From Octopus vulgaris (lineage: Eukaryota): a stretch of DNA of 64,000 nucleotides. This document shows positions 27,339 through 40,714 of the stretch, piece after piece; position 1 is the first letter of the stretch; each line of letters starts with the position of its first letter. The position numbers and the translations under genes are program-made. Location of the stretch: contig OX597814.1 in NCBI GenBank assembly GCA_951406725.2, positions 82,150,001-82,214,000 on the forward strand, given 5' to 3'. The notes beneath the pieces are model-generated. The model made no database searches. It saw only the letters and a list, made by a program, of their open reading frames with translations, and was not told the DNA's origin.

Positions 27339-27726
27339 ATTATCAGTTAGTAATAAAATTTTCGAATCACATGCAACTTATTATAATGCTGCTCTAGCTA
27401 GGGCTGGTTACCGTGAAAAAATTCAATATATACAAGAGTGTCCAAGAAGCAGGCATACGCAACACTGATAATTCCTCCATTTGTAATACACATTGTACAC
27501 CACCACAACGTCACTGGCCTGTATTCTTTATCTGAGTGAGTTCTCAAACCGTGACGTTGTGGTGGTGTACATTGTGTATTACAAATGGAGGAATTATCAG
27601 TGTTGCGTATGCCTGCTTCTTGGACACTCTTGTATATATTGAATTTTTTCACGGTAACCAGCCCTAGCTAGAGCAGCATTATGATAAGTTTCATGTGATT
27701 CGAAAATTTTATTACTAACTGATAAT
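27339..27726. repeat. Near-perfect inverted repeat, 176-bp arms, 36-bp spacer
   Basis: 27339-27514 is the reverse complement of 27551-27726 with about 3 mismatches. Confidence 0.95.
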
Positions 27727-28250
27727 CTAGAAATTCTTGTCGAAATATTCTTAACTAATCCCCGTATAATCGAGAGTGGATGGTTGGAGGCTACGTTAAT
27801 GTACTTAATATGATCATTTGGCTTATGAAATAGTTCAAATAATCCAGTATCAAGACAGAAGATAGCGTCAAGAAAATTCACTCTACGATAATCTTTACCC
27901 ATAGCAATGTTTAATCCTAAATTTTTAAAAAGTCTAAAGAAAATTTTCCTATTCCTCTTTAACTGTAATTTGCTAATTCTGTTCAGAAAAAATAAGGCGT
28001 CATCCCTATATAGATCCCCTGTTATTTCTGGAAAGGAAGGCTGGATTAATGAAAGGTTATATATTCCGACTTGATCAGTGACCAGAGCAGAATCGCATAA
28101 GCCCATTTCTATACCAAATGCATTCTCCTTATCTGATCTACTCCATAATCTTCCATCAAAATCTACCAGAGTGGCTCGCGTGGCAAGTATATCTATTTCG
28201 CGTCGGGACAAAATGGAATTTTTTATGCTATAAATCAGCGTTTGATTAAG
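27551..28250 (-). mobile_element. Penelope-like retroelement RT/thumb fragment with LYRDD motif
   Basis: ORF 27597-28331: FGIEMG..DSA..DLYRDDAL..VNFLDAIFCL..FHKPND..YINVASNHP..RISRLS..ALARAGY. Confidence 0.85.
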
Positions 28251-29132
28251 AACGTGTGTGTGTATGTGTGTGTGCGCGCGCTCACATCCTTGTCTTTGTG
28301 TCTGTTTTTGTCCTTCACTACCGCTTGACAACCAGTGTGTTTACGTCTTTAGCGGTTCGGCAAAAAAAAAAAACGATAGAATAAATCTCAGGCTGAAAAA
28401 TGAAGTGCTGGGGACGACTCATTCAACAAAACCCTTCAAGACGGTGCGACAACATGGCCGCAATCAAAATTGACTGAAACTAGTAAACGATAAAAGATGT
28501 TTTTTTTAATTTCTAACTTTTAAACAGTATTTTTAAAATAAATTCTTTCCACGCAATGCGTGCCAATAATTTTTAAAATAAACTCTATTGTCCACCGAGA
28601 TTAAAATGATTTACAACCCCTAGTCACTAGTCCAAATACTTTCTTTTTTGAGTTTTGTTTCGTTGCTATGCTGTCCGCATTCAGTTTTTGCAAGGGGGTA
28701 ATGTTGCATCTCTGTCTCTCTAGGATTACTAGAGTAAAAACCAAATAAGATGTATTATGTAATGGATTCCGCTTCCTTTTCAAAATAAAAGCATCACTAC
28801 ACCACCACCACCACCACCATCACCACCACTACCATCATCGTCATCATCATCATTGATGTGGTTAACATCGTCGTCGTCATTGTTACCATCATCATCATAT
28901 CAGTCGCCATTCCAAGCTGTCGTCACCATCATGATACCTACCACCGCTGCCAGCACCTGCAACACTACCATCACCACCACCACCATCATCATCATCGTCA
29001 TCATCATCTTCTATATTGATCACTTTTATTGTCAGCATCTGCTGCCACCTGCAGCCACCTGCTGCCAAAATTATAGTTTATAGTAAATCAGATAAACGAC
29101 ATAATTACGAGACGCGAGTTCTCTGTCGCCAT

Positions 29133-29135
29133 TCA

Positions 29136-29227
<92 letters not shown>

Positions 29228-29306
29228 CAACAATAATAATAATAATAACCACAACAACAACAATGATGATGATGATAATAATAATAATAATAATAAAATA
29301 ATAATA

Positions 29307-29360
<54 letters not shown>

Positions 29361-29363
29361 GTA

Positions 29364-29421
<58 letters not shown>

Positions 29422-29450
29422 CGACGACTACAACAACAACAACAGCATAA
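29133..29450. repeat. (AAT)n microsatellite
   Basis: About 300 bp of AAT/AAC/GAT triplets. Confidence 0.95.
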
Positions 29451-29536
29451 TCGAAAATGCCTCTTGCTTGTTGGTAGTGTTAGTGACATGAAATGAAAGG
29501 AAAGAGGGAAAATAGGACAATAACGAGCTGTATACT

Positions 29537-29550
29537 CCAGCAGGTGGCAC
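29537..29550 (+). promoter_or_regulatory. Consensus CTCF core motif
   Basis: CCAGCAGGTGGCAC matches CCASYAGRKGGCRS at every position, in non-repetitive sequence. Confidence 0.45.
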
Positions 29551-29894
29551 TGCTGAGAAAGCAACTTGCCAAATGTTTGGCCACCATTATATCTGGCCTT
29601 TAACCATTGCTTTTTCGACACGTTTATAGATAATTGCTGTTTAGAAAGAAAAAGAAAAGGTTTTATAAATATGGTAGGCTGACATTGGAGGGAAAATGGC
29701 GCGTGGACAGCACGCGTGTCACTATTAAACGCATCATTTATTAACGAAGCCTTCTTAACTTCTCCTAAATCCTCACTGCTTTCGTCGACGGAAGTTTTGT
29801 GGTGGTTTAGCCCTAGGTCAGGCGTGACTGAATAAGCACGTACATTTAGAGACATTCCAGTTGGAACCATCCGGTGTTTTTATATCCAGAATTA

Positions 29895-31031
29895 GGTACT
29901 ATTTAAGAAGATTGGTCCGGGGCGCCCACACGCGCACTCGCGCATCCGCGCTAGCTAGTCGTGACTAGTCGATCCTACAACGACTACCTAGCGTGAGTGC
30001 GAGTATGCAAATTAATAGATGCGTGCATGCGCGCATAAAACTCACGCGCGCGAATATGTATCAAATAAAATGGGATTTTTTTTAACAAATAGGAGTTTTA
30101 AAAAACAAAGTAAATAATTTTTTTTCTAAACAACGTAAATAATTTTTTTAAACAAATAAACAAAGTAAATAAGCGCAAATACAACAGAGTTAGAATGCAA
30201 CAGAGGTAGAATGTCCATACAAATTCGGATGAATGTTATTGGAAGAGTGGAGGCGCGTGGCTTAGTGGTTAGGGTGTCAGCATCATGATCGTAAGATTGT
30301 GGTTTCGATTCCTGGACCGGGCGACGTGTTATGTTCTGGAGCAAAACACTTTATTTCGCGTTGCTCCAGTCCACTCAGCTGGCAAAAATGAGTAGCGCTG
30401 CGATGGACTGGCGTCCCGTCGAGCTGGGGAACACATACGCCATTGAAACCGGGAAACCGGACCCATGAGCCTGGCTAGGCTTTAAAAGGGAAAAAAAAAG
30501 AAAGTTATTGGAAGAGTATGATGGTGGTACACACAGACATGGTTGAATCATATCTAGACGAATTTCTTTGGCGAGAAAAATATGGAAAAACTGGAAATGA
30601 ATGTTTTGAAAACATTCTGAAGCACCTTTCAGAATGGTTTACATTCCAGTAACTCAAATCAACTTCAACATTTTATTTTATTGTTTGGTGGCAATTTCAA
30701 ACGAATTGCAAGAACTGTGTGATATTCAATTTTTTTTTATTTGCTATGAAAGCAACCACGTGCGATTTGGATAGCGAACAGCAAGAAAAAAAAATTATTT
30801 AGTTTATTTAGAAAAAAAAATTATTTACTTTGTTTAAAAAAAAACCCTATTTGTTTAAAAAAAAAACCTATTTTATTTTATATGTATTCGTGCGCGAGAT
30901 TTTTATGCGCGCATCTATTAATTTGCATACGCGCACTCGCGCTAGGTAGTCGTTGTAGGATCGACTAGTCACGACTAGCTAGCGCGGATGCGCGAGTTCG
31001 CACACCGGGACCACTCTTCTTAAATAGTACC
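29895..31031. mobile_element. Long-TIR (~230 bp) MITE with 9-bp TSD (Merlin- or Mutator-like)
   Basis: GGTACTATTTAAGAAG ... CTTCTTAAATAGTACC; TSD CCAGAATTA 29886-29894 / CTAGAATTA 31032-31040. Confidence 0.88.
30249..30503 (+). mobile_element. tRNA-derived SINE, family D, with 14-bp TSD, inserted in the MITE
   Basis: A box TGGCTTAGTGG, B box GTTTCGATTCC, CCAGTCCACTCAGCTG central domain, A-rich tail; GTTATTGGAAGAGT at 30235-30248 and 30504-30517. Confidence 0.9.
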
Positions 31032-31209
31032 CTAGAATTACACTGTTCAACGAGTCATCCATTTTCTTGGCGGTGGGGAGATTTGGCTGCCTTTTCTAGC
31101 CAGGAAAAGCGATGACTATAACGTAGACTAACCAACGAATTAGCAACCAAATCTCCCTCAAGTCACATCTGCCATATCAGAAAAAAGAGGAATAAAACAT
31201 TTGACTAAT

Positions 31210-31614
31210 AGGTGCAGGAGTAGCTGTGTAGTAAGAAGCCTGCTTTCCAGCCACATGATTGCCGGTTCAGTCCCACTGCGCGGTACCTTGGGCAAGTGTC
31301 TTCTACTATATCCTCGGGCCGACCAGAGCTTTGTGAGTGGATTTGGTAGATGGAAACTGAAAAGAAGCTTGTCGTATATATGTATGTATTTATGTCTGTG
31401 TATGTATTTGTGTCTGTGTTTATTTCCTCACCACCTCTTGACAACTGGTGTTAGTGTGCTTACGTCCCTGTAACTTAGCGGTTCGGGAAAAGAGATCGAT
31501 ATGATAAGTACCAGGCTTTAAAAATAAGTACTGGGATCAATTCATTCGACCAAAAATTCTTGAAGGCGGTACCCCAACATGACCGCAGTCTAATGACTGA
31601 AACAAGTAAAAGAT
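31210..31614 (+). mobile_element. SINE family B full-length copy
   Basis: GCAGGAGTAGCTGTG..GGTTCAGTCCC..CCTTGGGCAAGTGTC..GACTGAAACAAGTAAAAG. Confidence 0.88.
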
Positions 31615-32561
31615 TTGATAATAGAGAAGACAGAGTCCAAGATACACCTGATAAAATATTTTGTTATATACTATGTCTTGATGGTCACGGTTTGATTATC
31701 TTTTGTCACAGATCTACTCGAACAGGATAAATAGTATGGGCTCTAAACCGACTCCACAACATGAATAACCGTGATATTACTAATCTAGTAACGTCATCTC
31801 TTTTCTCACCAAAATACAGCATTTATTTGTTGTTCCAGCTATGACCATCACATCTTTATTTATTTATTTTTCAGCATTGTGTATCCGGGAGTACATTATG
31901 CAATGTGTTCTTTTTAAAATGTAGTAAAGTAGAGATGGGATGAGAGAGATAGAGAGAGACAGGGAGAGATTTAGCTGCTATCTTTAGCAGATCGAGTGAC
32001 TTACAGCAGCTCCTTCTAGGTAATAATAATAATGACCATGACGCGCGCACACACATACACATGCACATACACCGCACAGACACACACATAAGCACAAACA
32101 TGCACGCGTATGTGAATATGCATATATAATACACATGCACACACACACACATACATCACTGTTTTGCTTACCACAGACGTTGGAGCAAAAGCTAATATAA
32201 CGTCTCTAGCTACACACATCACAGTCAATGAGTTAGCAATAACATTTGAAATGTTTTTTTCGCTTGACTGCTGAGAATATTTATGATCGCGCATCGCCGT
32301 GGATTAAGAAGCACTGTTATGACAAGAGTAAAATATGCTTATAAGCACGACTGTTAAAGAAGTTGACTTCGCAACCACGTAGTTTCGAGTTCGCCTCCAC
32401 TCCCTGGGACCTTTGGTAGACAGAAACAGCGCGTAAGCCCATCATATATATACGCAGACATAACAGAAGTAAATAGACACCTTTATAATCGTTAAAACTT
32501 ATTTAAATCTAAAATTATACACTCAAATTATTTATTAATTGTTATAATGTGAATATTTAAT

Positions 32562-32715
32562 ATTTAGTAGACATGCCCCTTGCATTCTACAATGCAAGGG
32601 GCCCATTAGGCATGTTAATGATCAGATGACGAATATTCTGTTGAGGAATTTCAAGCCAAGTTTCATGCAATAATCTCAAAAGATCTGGCTTTGAAGGTGC
32701 TTTCTTGTTCTTTTT
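32562..32715 (-). mobile_element. Short Helentron-associated (HINE-like) element
   Basis: Minus-strand start AACAAGAAAG; perfect 12-bp stem GCCCCTTGCATT-ctac-AATGCAAGGGGC 32575-32602 near the other end. Confidence 0.45.
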
Positions 32716-33714
32716 ATGAAGTGCCCTGTCCATTATGCCCCAGAGGTGTTCAGTAGGGTTCATATCTGGTGATATATATGGTGATATATAAAATTATATA
32801 TATATATATATATATATTTATTTGTTTTAAATATTTTAATTATTTGTATTTTAATTTTCTAGTAATGATATGTTATAGTTTGTTATTCTTTTCGTATATA
32901 TTTTAATATATATTTTCATAGATATAATAAATATTTATACCTATTTATTCTAGTTTTATTTACACCAGAATATATTTGTTAAGATATTCGTGTTTTACAT
33001 GATTATATACGTATATTTATTTATTTTATTATTTTATTGTTTTTATCTTGGACCTAAAGAGTGGCTATATTTAAATTGAATTGATTTTACTGTTATAAGT
33101 TTTTAAACATAGCCACGAGACACGTGTAGTCATTTTACCAATTATATACTTTTTATTTATTATTTTGTACATTACTTAATCATTGATGTATATTTTTTTA
33201 TCTTATATTTAATTTTTTTTCTATATGGTTTAATTTAATTATTTCATTGTTGAATTGAAAAAAGGTGCTTTTTTCTAATATATATATATATATATTTATA
33301 CATATTGCTTGCTTCAGTCATTAGACTGTGGCCATGCAGGGGCACATCCATACGGAATCTTTTCTGTTTGCCTGCAGTTGTGGAAATTTTGAAATGTGGT
33401 GTATTAATGTAGTTTTCCATGCTGAATCTCACGAAATATTTCACTTTTTCCAGAGCTAATAACTCTATATTTATTGATTTACTGCGAAAATGAATTCCAT
33501 GGCATTGATTAGCATATAAAACTACATCAATACACCGAATATGAAATCAATTCGAATTATTGACTTTTTTCGTAGTGTTCATCATTAAGTATGGATACTA
33601 CTAGATTTTTGTAGAAAAATGTGTCCATTAACACTACTGCACTTCTTTTATCTGCTTCTTTGTTATTTCTTCATTGTTTTGTAGTTATTGTTATTATCAT
33701 CATCATCATCATCA

Positions 33715-33758
<44 letters not shown>

Positions 33759-33759
33759 T

Positions 33760-33835
33760 AGTTCATTGCTTGGAATCGAACTCGGAATCTTAGGGTTAGT
33801 AGCCTGCGCTCTTAACCACTACGCCATATGACCGT
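33760..33835 (-). mobile_element. tRNA-derived SINE head followed by (AAT)n
   Basis: Reverse complement TGGCGTAGTGGTTAAGAGCG..GAGTTCGATTCC, then AAT repeats. Confidence 0.65.
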
Positions 33836-34096
33836 GTCACTTGAATTGTGTCACTTGCTTAAGTTGCCGCACAACCCAGAACTATGTGATTGGAAAGCAA
33901 ACTTTTAACCACACAACTATGCCTGCGCCTACACGCACATACACACACACATCTTTACACATCCAAGATCCGATTAAACTGGAGGTGGGGGGATAAAACT
34001 ATTTATTATTATTATATCATAAATTGCATAATTTTTACATGCGTTTCACTCGCAAAGATTTACTGTTACAATATCTCATTCGAAATAGCAACTTGA

Positions 34097-34143
<47 letters not shown>

Positions 34144-34170
34144 ATATTTATCTATTCATATATATATATA

Positions 34171-34533
34171 CTAGCAGTATCGCCCGGCGTTGCTCGGGTT
34201 TGTAAGGGAAATAACTATAAAGCATTTTTAGAGAGTTATAGCCAAAAAAATGGAAAAAAAATTATGGTAAATTTTTTTTTGAGAGTTAAAACGGTCGAGT
34301 TGCGTCCCCTAGACAGTCTGTGGTTTGTGTTACTGATTCTCGACCCCATGTCGAATTTATCGATTTTTCAGAACTGGGGGAACTTTTCAAAATTTTCTCT
34401 TTAGTTTTGAATTATGACATTGGGCTATGTGTGTGTTAAGTTTCATCAGAATCGGTAGAAAGCCGTGGTCAGGGTGAGGGTACAAGCTAACAGACACACA
34501 GAAACACACACAGACAAACTGCCGTTTATATAT

Positions 34534-34538
<5 letters not shown>
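34171..34538 (-). mobile_element. Complete 368-bp non-autonomous Helitron
   Basis: Minus strand a|TCTCTATATATAAAC ... CCCGAGCAACGCCGGGCGATACTGCTAG|t; no TSD, A|T target. Confidence 0.9.
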
Positions 34539-34568
<30 letters not shown>

Positions 34569-35900
34569 TAATGGTGGCACTCGAAATAGATACAGTAATA
34601 AAACGTAGCGGGTAGAATAGAGTCATGCGCAAAGAAACAAATTACTTTATGCGTAATATAAGAGTCAACAGTATAATGGCAATGTGCTCTGTGGAAGTAG
34701 GCAATGCAACAGTGATAAAGAGGCTTACAGTTTGCAAATTGATGTTTGTTATGCTGTGTATATGCATAAAAGCTATTAAAAACTGATATGTATTTTGATG
34801 ATTAAATTTTTTTTATTTCAATATTGTTTTGCCATTTTTATTTGATTTTTCCTTGCATATACACTTATATTTTAATGAAGCGAAGTGCTCCCTATTCAAG
34901 CATAAAACGATGGGATATGCACTAGTGTACTTTAATGAAGAAAGGGAAGAAAAAATAGAAACTGCTGCACATAGTTGCCCTTTTGGTTGACAAACGCTGC
35001 TAATCTGTATTCTACAAAATGCACAACTATAGGTATCTCACTAAAGCTCTTAAAACTTGTATTTAACTCTGTATGCAATAATATTATTGTACAGATTTTT
35101 TTTCTTTTTTTTTTTTTCATGAAATTATAAGATCAATCAGTCCTTCAGAAATGAAGCGAAAATTATAGGAACGGAAAGGACCTTTTCGTTATTTGAAAAT
35201 GTTGTGCCTGCACAAGATCTAAAAAATTTTTCTGGGGGAAAGATAACAAACCTTAGTTTATTTCAGGTACTCTATCGAAGTTGAGACAACGAAAGCAAAG
35301 TCGAAAACTGTGGGATTTAAACTCAGAATGTAAAGTACTATATTTTAAATTCATCGTTCTACATTTTAAATCCACCATCCACCACGCTGTATATTTTTGA
35401 TAATATTAACGGGAAAAAATATAGAAAAAGTTAGTTTAACAGGAGAAATAGTACTAGAATTAGTGGATTAATCGGCAGTGATAATAGTTTATAAATTTGT
35501 ATGTACTGAGTGACTCCGTTTGGGATTTGGCCAAAAATTCATCGTATGACGTTGTTGCAATGTTGTCTGCTTTCAAACTACGCAAATTGCTAATTGCATA
35601 GTCGTCCACTTTGAAAGAGAAAGAGCAGGGAGATAGAGAGTAGGTAGGAAGATAAGATACGTGGTAGATTCTTTATTTTAGAATTTGGGAAACAGAAGTA
35701 AATACCCAAGCTTTATGAGCTTCCTGCAGCTTTTGAGATCAATGTGGAACATGCTGGGGATTAAATTTCATTATAATGATATTTGGAGGGAAAACAATGG
35801 TAGATACATGTAATAGATATTGCGGACTGGTTTTTGCTCGACATCAGAAGTGATTGCATTTTAAAGTTATTATATGTAAAACATGTACGGCAGTTACGGA

Positions 35901-35962
<62 letters not shown>

Positions 35963-37675
35963 CTAGGAGTTTGTATGTTGTAAATGTACAAAAAAGTTTG
36001 GTGAATATAACCGAATTCAGGTAACCCTTCCTTTGATGAATGTGAGAAACATATCTCGATGCAGAAACCTTGTCACTGTCTAACAATTCTGCCAATCCAC
36101 TATCCTTTTAATAGTTTCTAATATAGACACGAAGGCCAGCAGTTTTGTAGGAGGACGGTAGTCGATTAATCGACCCAAGTTCTTGACAAATCCTATAATT
36201 TATCAACTTCTTCTGCCTCGCAAGGGAATTAAAGACAAAGTTACCATCAGTGGGATTCGAACTCAAAGCATAAATAGCCGAAATAAATACCATAAAGCAT
36301 TTTCACACACTCTAACGATTCAGCCAATCATGTTTCTAACATAGACACAAAGCGTCTATTAGACCGGCCCAGTACATGACTGGTACTTTAGTTTGCTGAC
36401 ACAAGCATGAAGTAAAAGTTGATAACTTTGAACGACTGACGTAAAATGATGCAGGTGGTTTTGTCTGGTGCTCTACCGTTTCTGCAAATTCACTGCAATT
36501 GCTATCCAGAAATAATGATGATTATAAGGACATTGTTGTTGTTGATGATGATGGTAGTGGTTCTGGTTGTGATGGTGACAGTGGTGATGTTGACAACGAC
36601 GACTATGATGATGATGATGATGAAGGTGGTAATGCTGCTGCTACGTATGATGATGATGTGGAGGAGGGGGAGATGGGGCTTGTTGCGGTGGTGGACGATG
36701 GCGATAGTTATGATGACGATGACGAGGAGGAGGAGGAGGAGGAGGAGGCGGAGGATTTATTCCACTTGTCGCAAGACTACAAATTTATGTGGACGAGGTA
36801 TATAGATTACGGCAATTAATTCTTTCAATTACAAACAGTTGAAAAGCAGAGTCGACCTTGACGAGATGACTTCCTTCCACAGAAAATTGAACTGATGACG
36901 TATTCCTCACGTGACATCGAATACTAATTGTTTAAGGAAATGTGATGGACTTTGATTAACATTAATAACATGTTTCATTCAGTCTGAATCTTTTTATGAA
37001 ATTTCTACTCCAAAAGCACTGATGTCTTAAAAAGAAGGGCACATTAAATAATGCTGTAATAGATAAACAAAAACGTGAGGTTGTCACAGTTGGAGTGTCT
37101 TTGATCGTCATTCAGTTCGATCATGGAGACCCACGTTTGCTATGTGTTTGTTTGGTGCAACAAGTGCCACAAGCCCAATAGTTATCAGAATGCCGGACTT
37201 AGATGAGCAGCTAAGGGGCTGAAAGGCCTCATCTACCCTGGGTTCATTGGATGTGTCTGGAAGCAACCTTCTTCCGGAGACAACTCCTTTAAATGTTAAT
37301 TAACCCATTCTTTACGGAACACAAATACATGGTGACCCGGAATTAACTATTTCAGTGAATTCGAGCAATTTAAAAAAAAAAAAACTCAATTCTATTTATG
37401 TATATCATGTTTAATATGTGTTAAACGTATTAAGGTGGTGAGCTGACAGAACCGTTAGCAGACCGGGCAAAATGCTTAGCGACATTTTACCCGTCTTGGC
37501 GTTCTTTGTTCAAATTCTGCCGAAGTTGGTTTTATCTTTCATCCTATCGAGGTCGATAAAATACCAGATGAGAACTGGGGTCGATGTAATCGACATTTCC
37601 CCACCCGCCGTTATTGGTGGTATTATGCCAACATTTGAAACCGATATGTGTTAAAAGTATAAATTGAAAATTTCT

Positions 37676-38051
37676 TTTTACCTGTTTCAGTCATTTGACT
37701 GCGGCCATGCTGGAGTACCGCCTTTAGTCGAACAAATCAACCCCAGGACTTACTCTTTGTAAGCCTAGTATTTATTCTATCGGTCTCTTTTGCCGAACCG
37801 CTAAGTTATGGGGACGTAAACACACTAGCATCGGTTGTCAAGCGATGGTTGGAGGACAAACAAGGACACACAAACATACACACACACACACACACACGCA
37901 CACACACACACACACACATACACACACACACACACATATATAAATAAATAAATTATTCACCAAGCTGGCAGAATCGTTAGCATGCTGGACAAAATGCTTA
38001 GCGGTATTTTGCCCATTGCTGCATTCTGTATATATATATATATATATTCAG

Positions 38052-38096
<45 letters not shown>

Positions 38097-38259
38097 TATA
38101 CGACGAGTTTCTTTCGGTTTCTGTCTACCAAATCCACTCACAAGGCTTTGGTCGGCCCGAGGCTATAGTAGAAGACACTTGCCCAAGCTGCCACGCAGTG
38201 TGACTGAACCCAGAACCATGTGGTTGGGAAGGAAGCTACTTACCACACAGCCACTCCTG
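37676..38259 (-). mobile_element. SINE family B copy with a SINE A fragment in its internal microsatellite
   Basis: Tail 37676-37870, SINE A head 37960-38025, head 38100-38259. Confidence 0.8.
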
Positions 38260-38379
38260 TTTATAATTTTTATATTTCTTTTTATAACTTTATTTTCATT
38301 CCTGTGAGACTCTGCTTATCTGTCCACAACAGCTTTTTTTTCAACTTGGCTGCAATCAATTTTTTCCCTCCATCCCAGG

Positions 38380-38660
38380 AATGGAGCAATAGTTTAGCTG
38401 AACTTAAAGAATGCATTCAGTTAGCAGTGCGTGAAATAACGCGTGATTCAAAATGTGTTTCACAACACTAAGAATAGATTTAAAATTTGCAGGGATACAG
38501 ACGGAGCACATGTTGAAGATTTTCAATAAAGTTTTGAGGTGGTATTTATAAATTTATTTGTTATGGTATCATAATTAAGTGATAAACATGAATTTCAGTT
38601 GGCTTTTAAAAATTTTCCCGATTTCATTGAAATAGATAATTAATTCTGCGACGCCCTCTA
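38380..38660 (+). mobile_element. Tc1/mariner-superfamily transposase C-terminal remnant
   Basis: LAELKECIQLAVREIT..RFKICRDTDGAHVE* resembles the C...GGHFE C-terminus; TIR-like end. Confidence 0.45.
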
Positions 38661-39101
38661 TATATATATTATATATAGGTGTAGCTGTGCGGTAAGAAGT
38701 TTGCTTCTCAACCACATGGTCGGGGGTCAGTCCAACAGCATAACACCTTGAGCAAGCGTCTTCTGTTGTAGCCTCGGGTCAACTAAAGTCTTGTGTATTC
38801 CCCTGATGATCCATTGCAGTTAGGTATTCAAATGTACTTGGAACATCCGATGTTGAGTTACTTTTAACTACAGAGGTTCCTGCGTAGGAACTAAATACTT
38901 ATTCTGGTGTTTATCTGAATTATAACAACGTATATTCTTTATATCATATCTAGTAACACTATACTAGAAGTCAACTAGATAATGATAAACTATGTCAAGC
39001 TCTAACTCACACAGTAGTGCTTGTACGTCTAATAGTACACAACAGATACGTATGTGAATACATATATATGTGTGTGTGTATGTATGTATGTAAATATATA
39101 C

Positions 39102-39451
<350 letters not shown>

Positions 39452-39507
39452 TATATATGTATGTATTTATGTATGTATGTATGTATGTATGCACGTAAGT
39501 ATATGTG

Positions 39508-39577
<70 letters not shown>

Positions 39578-39807
39578 CATTTAGGTATGTGTGTTTTTAT
39601 GTATTACATACATACATTCATAAATACATACATACATACATACATACATACATACATACATACATACATACATACGAGAATACATAAGACAGCAACGACT
39701 GGACGACAAATTGTATCAAATTAATATGACATGAAGATACAAGTTGCCAAATATGCCCAGTGAACGACCGAATAAACATTTGATTCAACCTGGTATATAT
39801 ATATATA

Positions 39808-40652
39808 TTAGGTCAAGTATGAAATTTGTAGTAAGGTATATGATGAACTTTGACAGCTGTTCATTTTGGGCCATTATTATATTTTGACAATATTTTGGGT
39901 TAGAAAGCTGACACATCTATTTCTTTATTCTAACTCATTTTGCGCTTTTTAAAGTATTTATAACTCGTTTTTTGTTATTTTTGCTTCGAGATGGATAAGT
40001 CGGAAGTTCGTACAGTTTTGAAATATGAGTTCTTTCTTGGAAATACAGTATCACAGACAGCTCAGGATATTAATGGAGTATTTCATTCTAATGTATCAAA
40101 TTGGTTTACAAAATTTCGTTCTGGTAACTTTGACCTCACAAGTGAGTAATGCGGTCGACCAGAAGCAAAGGAGGATAATGACGAACTGAAAACCACCGCC
40201 GAGTCAGATCCATCTCAAAGTGCCCGTGAATTATCGTTGTTGTTTGGTGTTAGGAAGCAAACTGTATTGACTCACCTAGTTCAAATCGGTAAAGTGAAAA
40301 AGTTGGATAAGTGGGTTCCACATGAACTCAATGAAAATCAGAAGCAGCAACGTTTGGAAGCCTGCATTATGCTACGTTCTCGTCACAAAATGAATCATTT
40401 TTAAATCGAATTATAACATGTGGTGAAAAATGGATCCAATACAACAACCGTAAACGTTCAGCACAATGGTTGGACAAAGACGAGCCACCAAAACGCAGTC
40501 CAAAAAGCAAAATTCATCAAAAGAAGCTGATGGTGTGTGTTTGGTGGTCTGGCGCAGGTGTGATCCATTATGATTTCATTAAAGTTGGGTCATCAATCAC
40601 GGCCGAAGTATACTGCAGCCAACTGGACCAAATGATGCAGAAATTTCGAATA
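39808..40652 (+). mobile_element. Mariner element 5' half, transposase pseudogene (ATG 39991)
   Basis: ta|TTAGGTC TIR; MDKSEVRTVLKYEF..WFTKFRSGNFDL..GRP..IGKVKKLDKWVPHEL..FLNRIITCGEKWIQYNN..KKLMVCVWWS; stop and frameshift; truncated by a SINE tail. Confidence 0.92.
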
Positions 40653-40714
40653 ATAAGTTCTGGGGTCGATTTGTTCGACTAACGGCGATGCTCCAGCATG
40701 GCCGCAATCAAAAT

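Noticed and set aside
36446-36819. Acidic D/E-rich ORF
   Set aside because: Degenerate (GAT/GAG/GGT)n tract between SINE remnants; no domain or splice evidence
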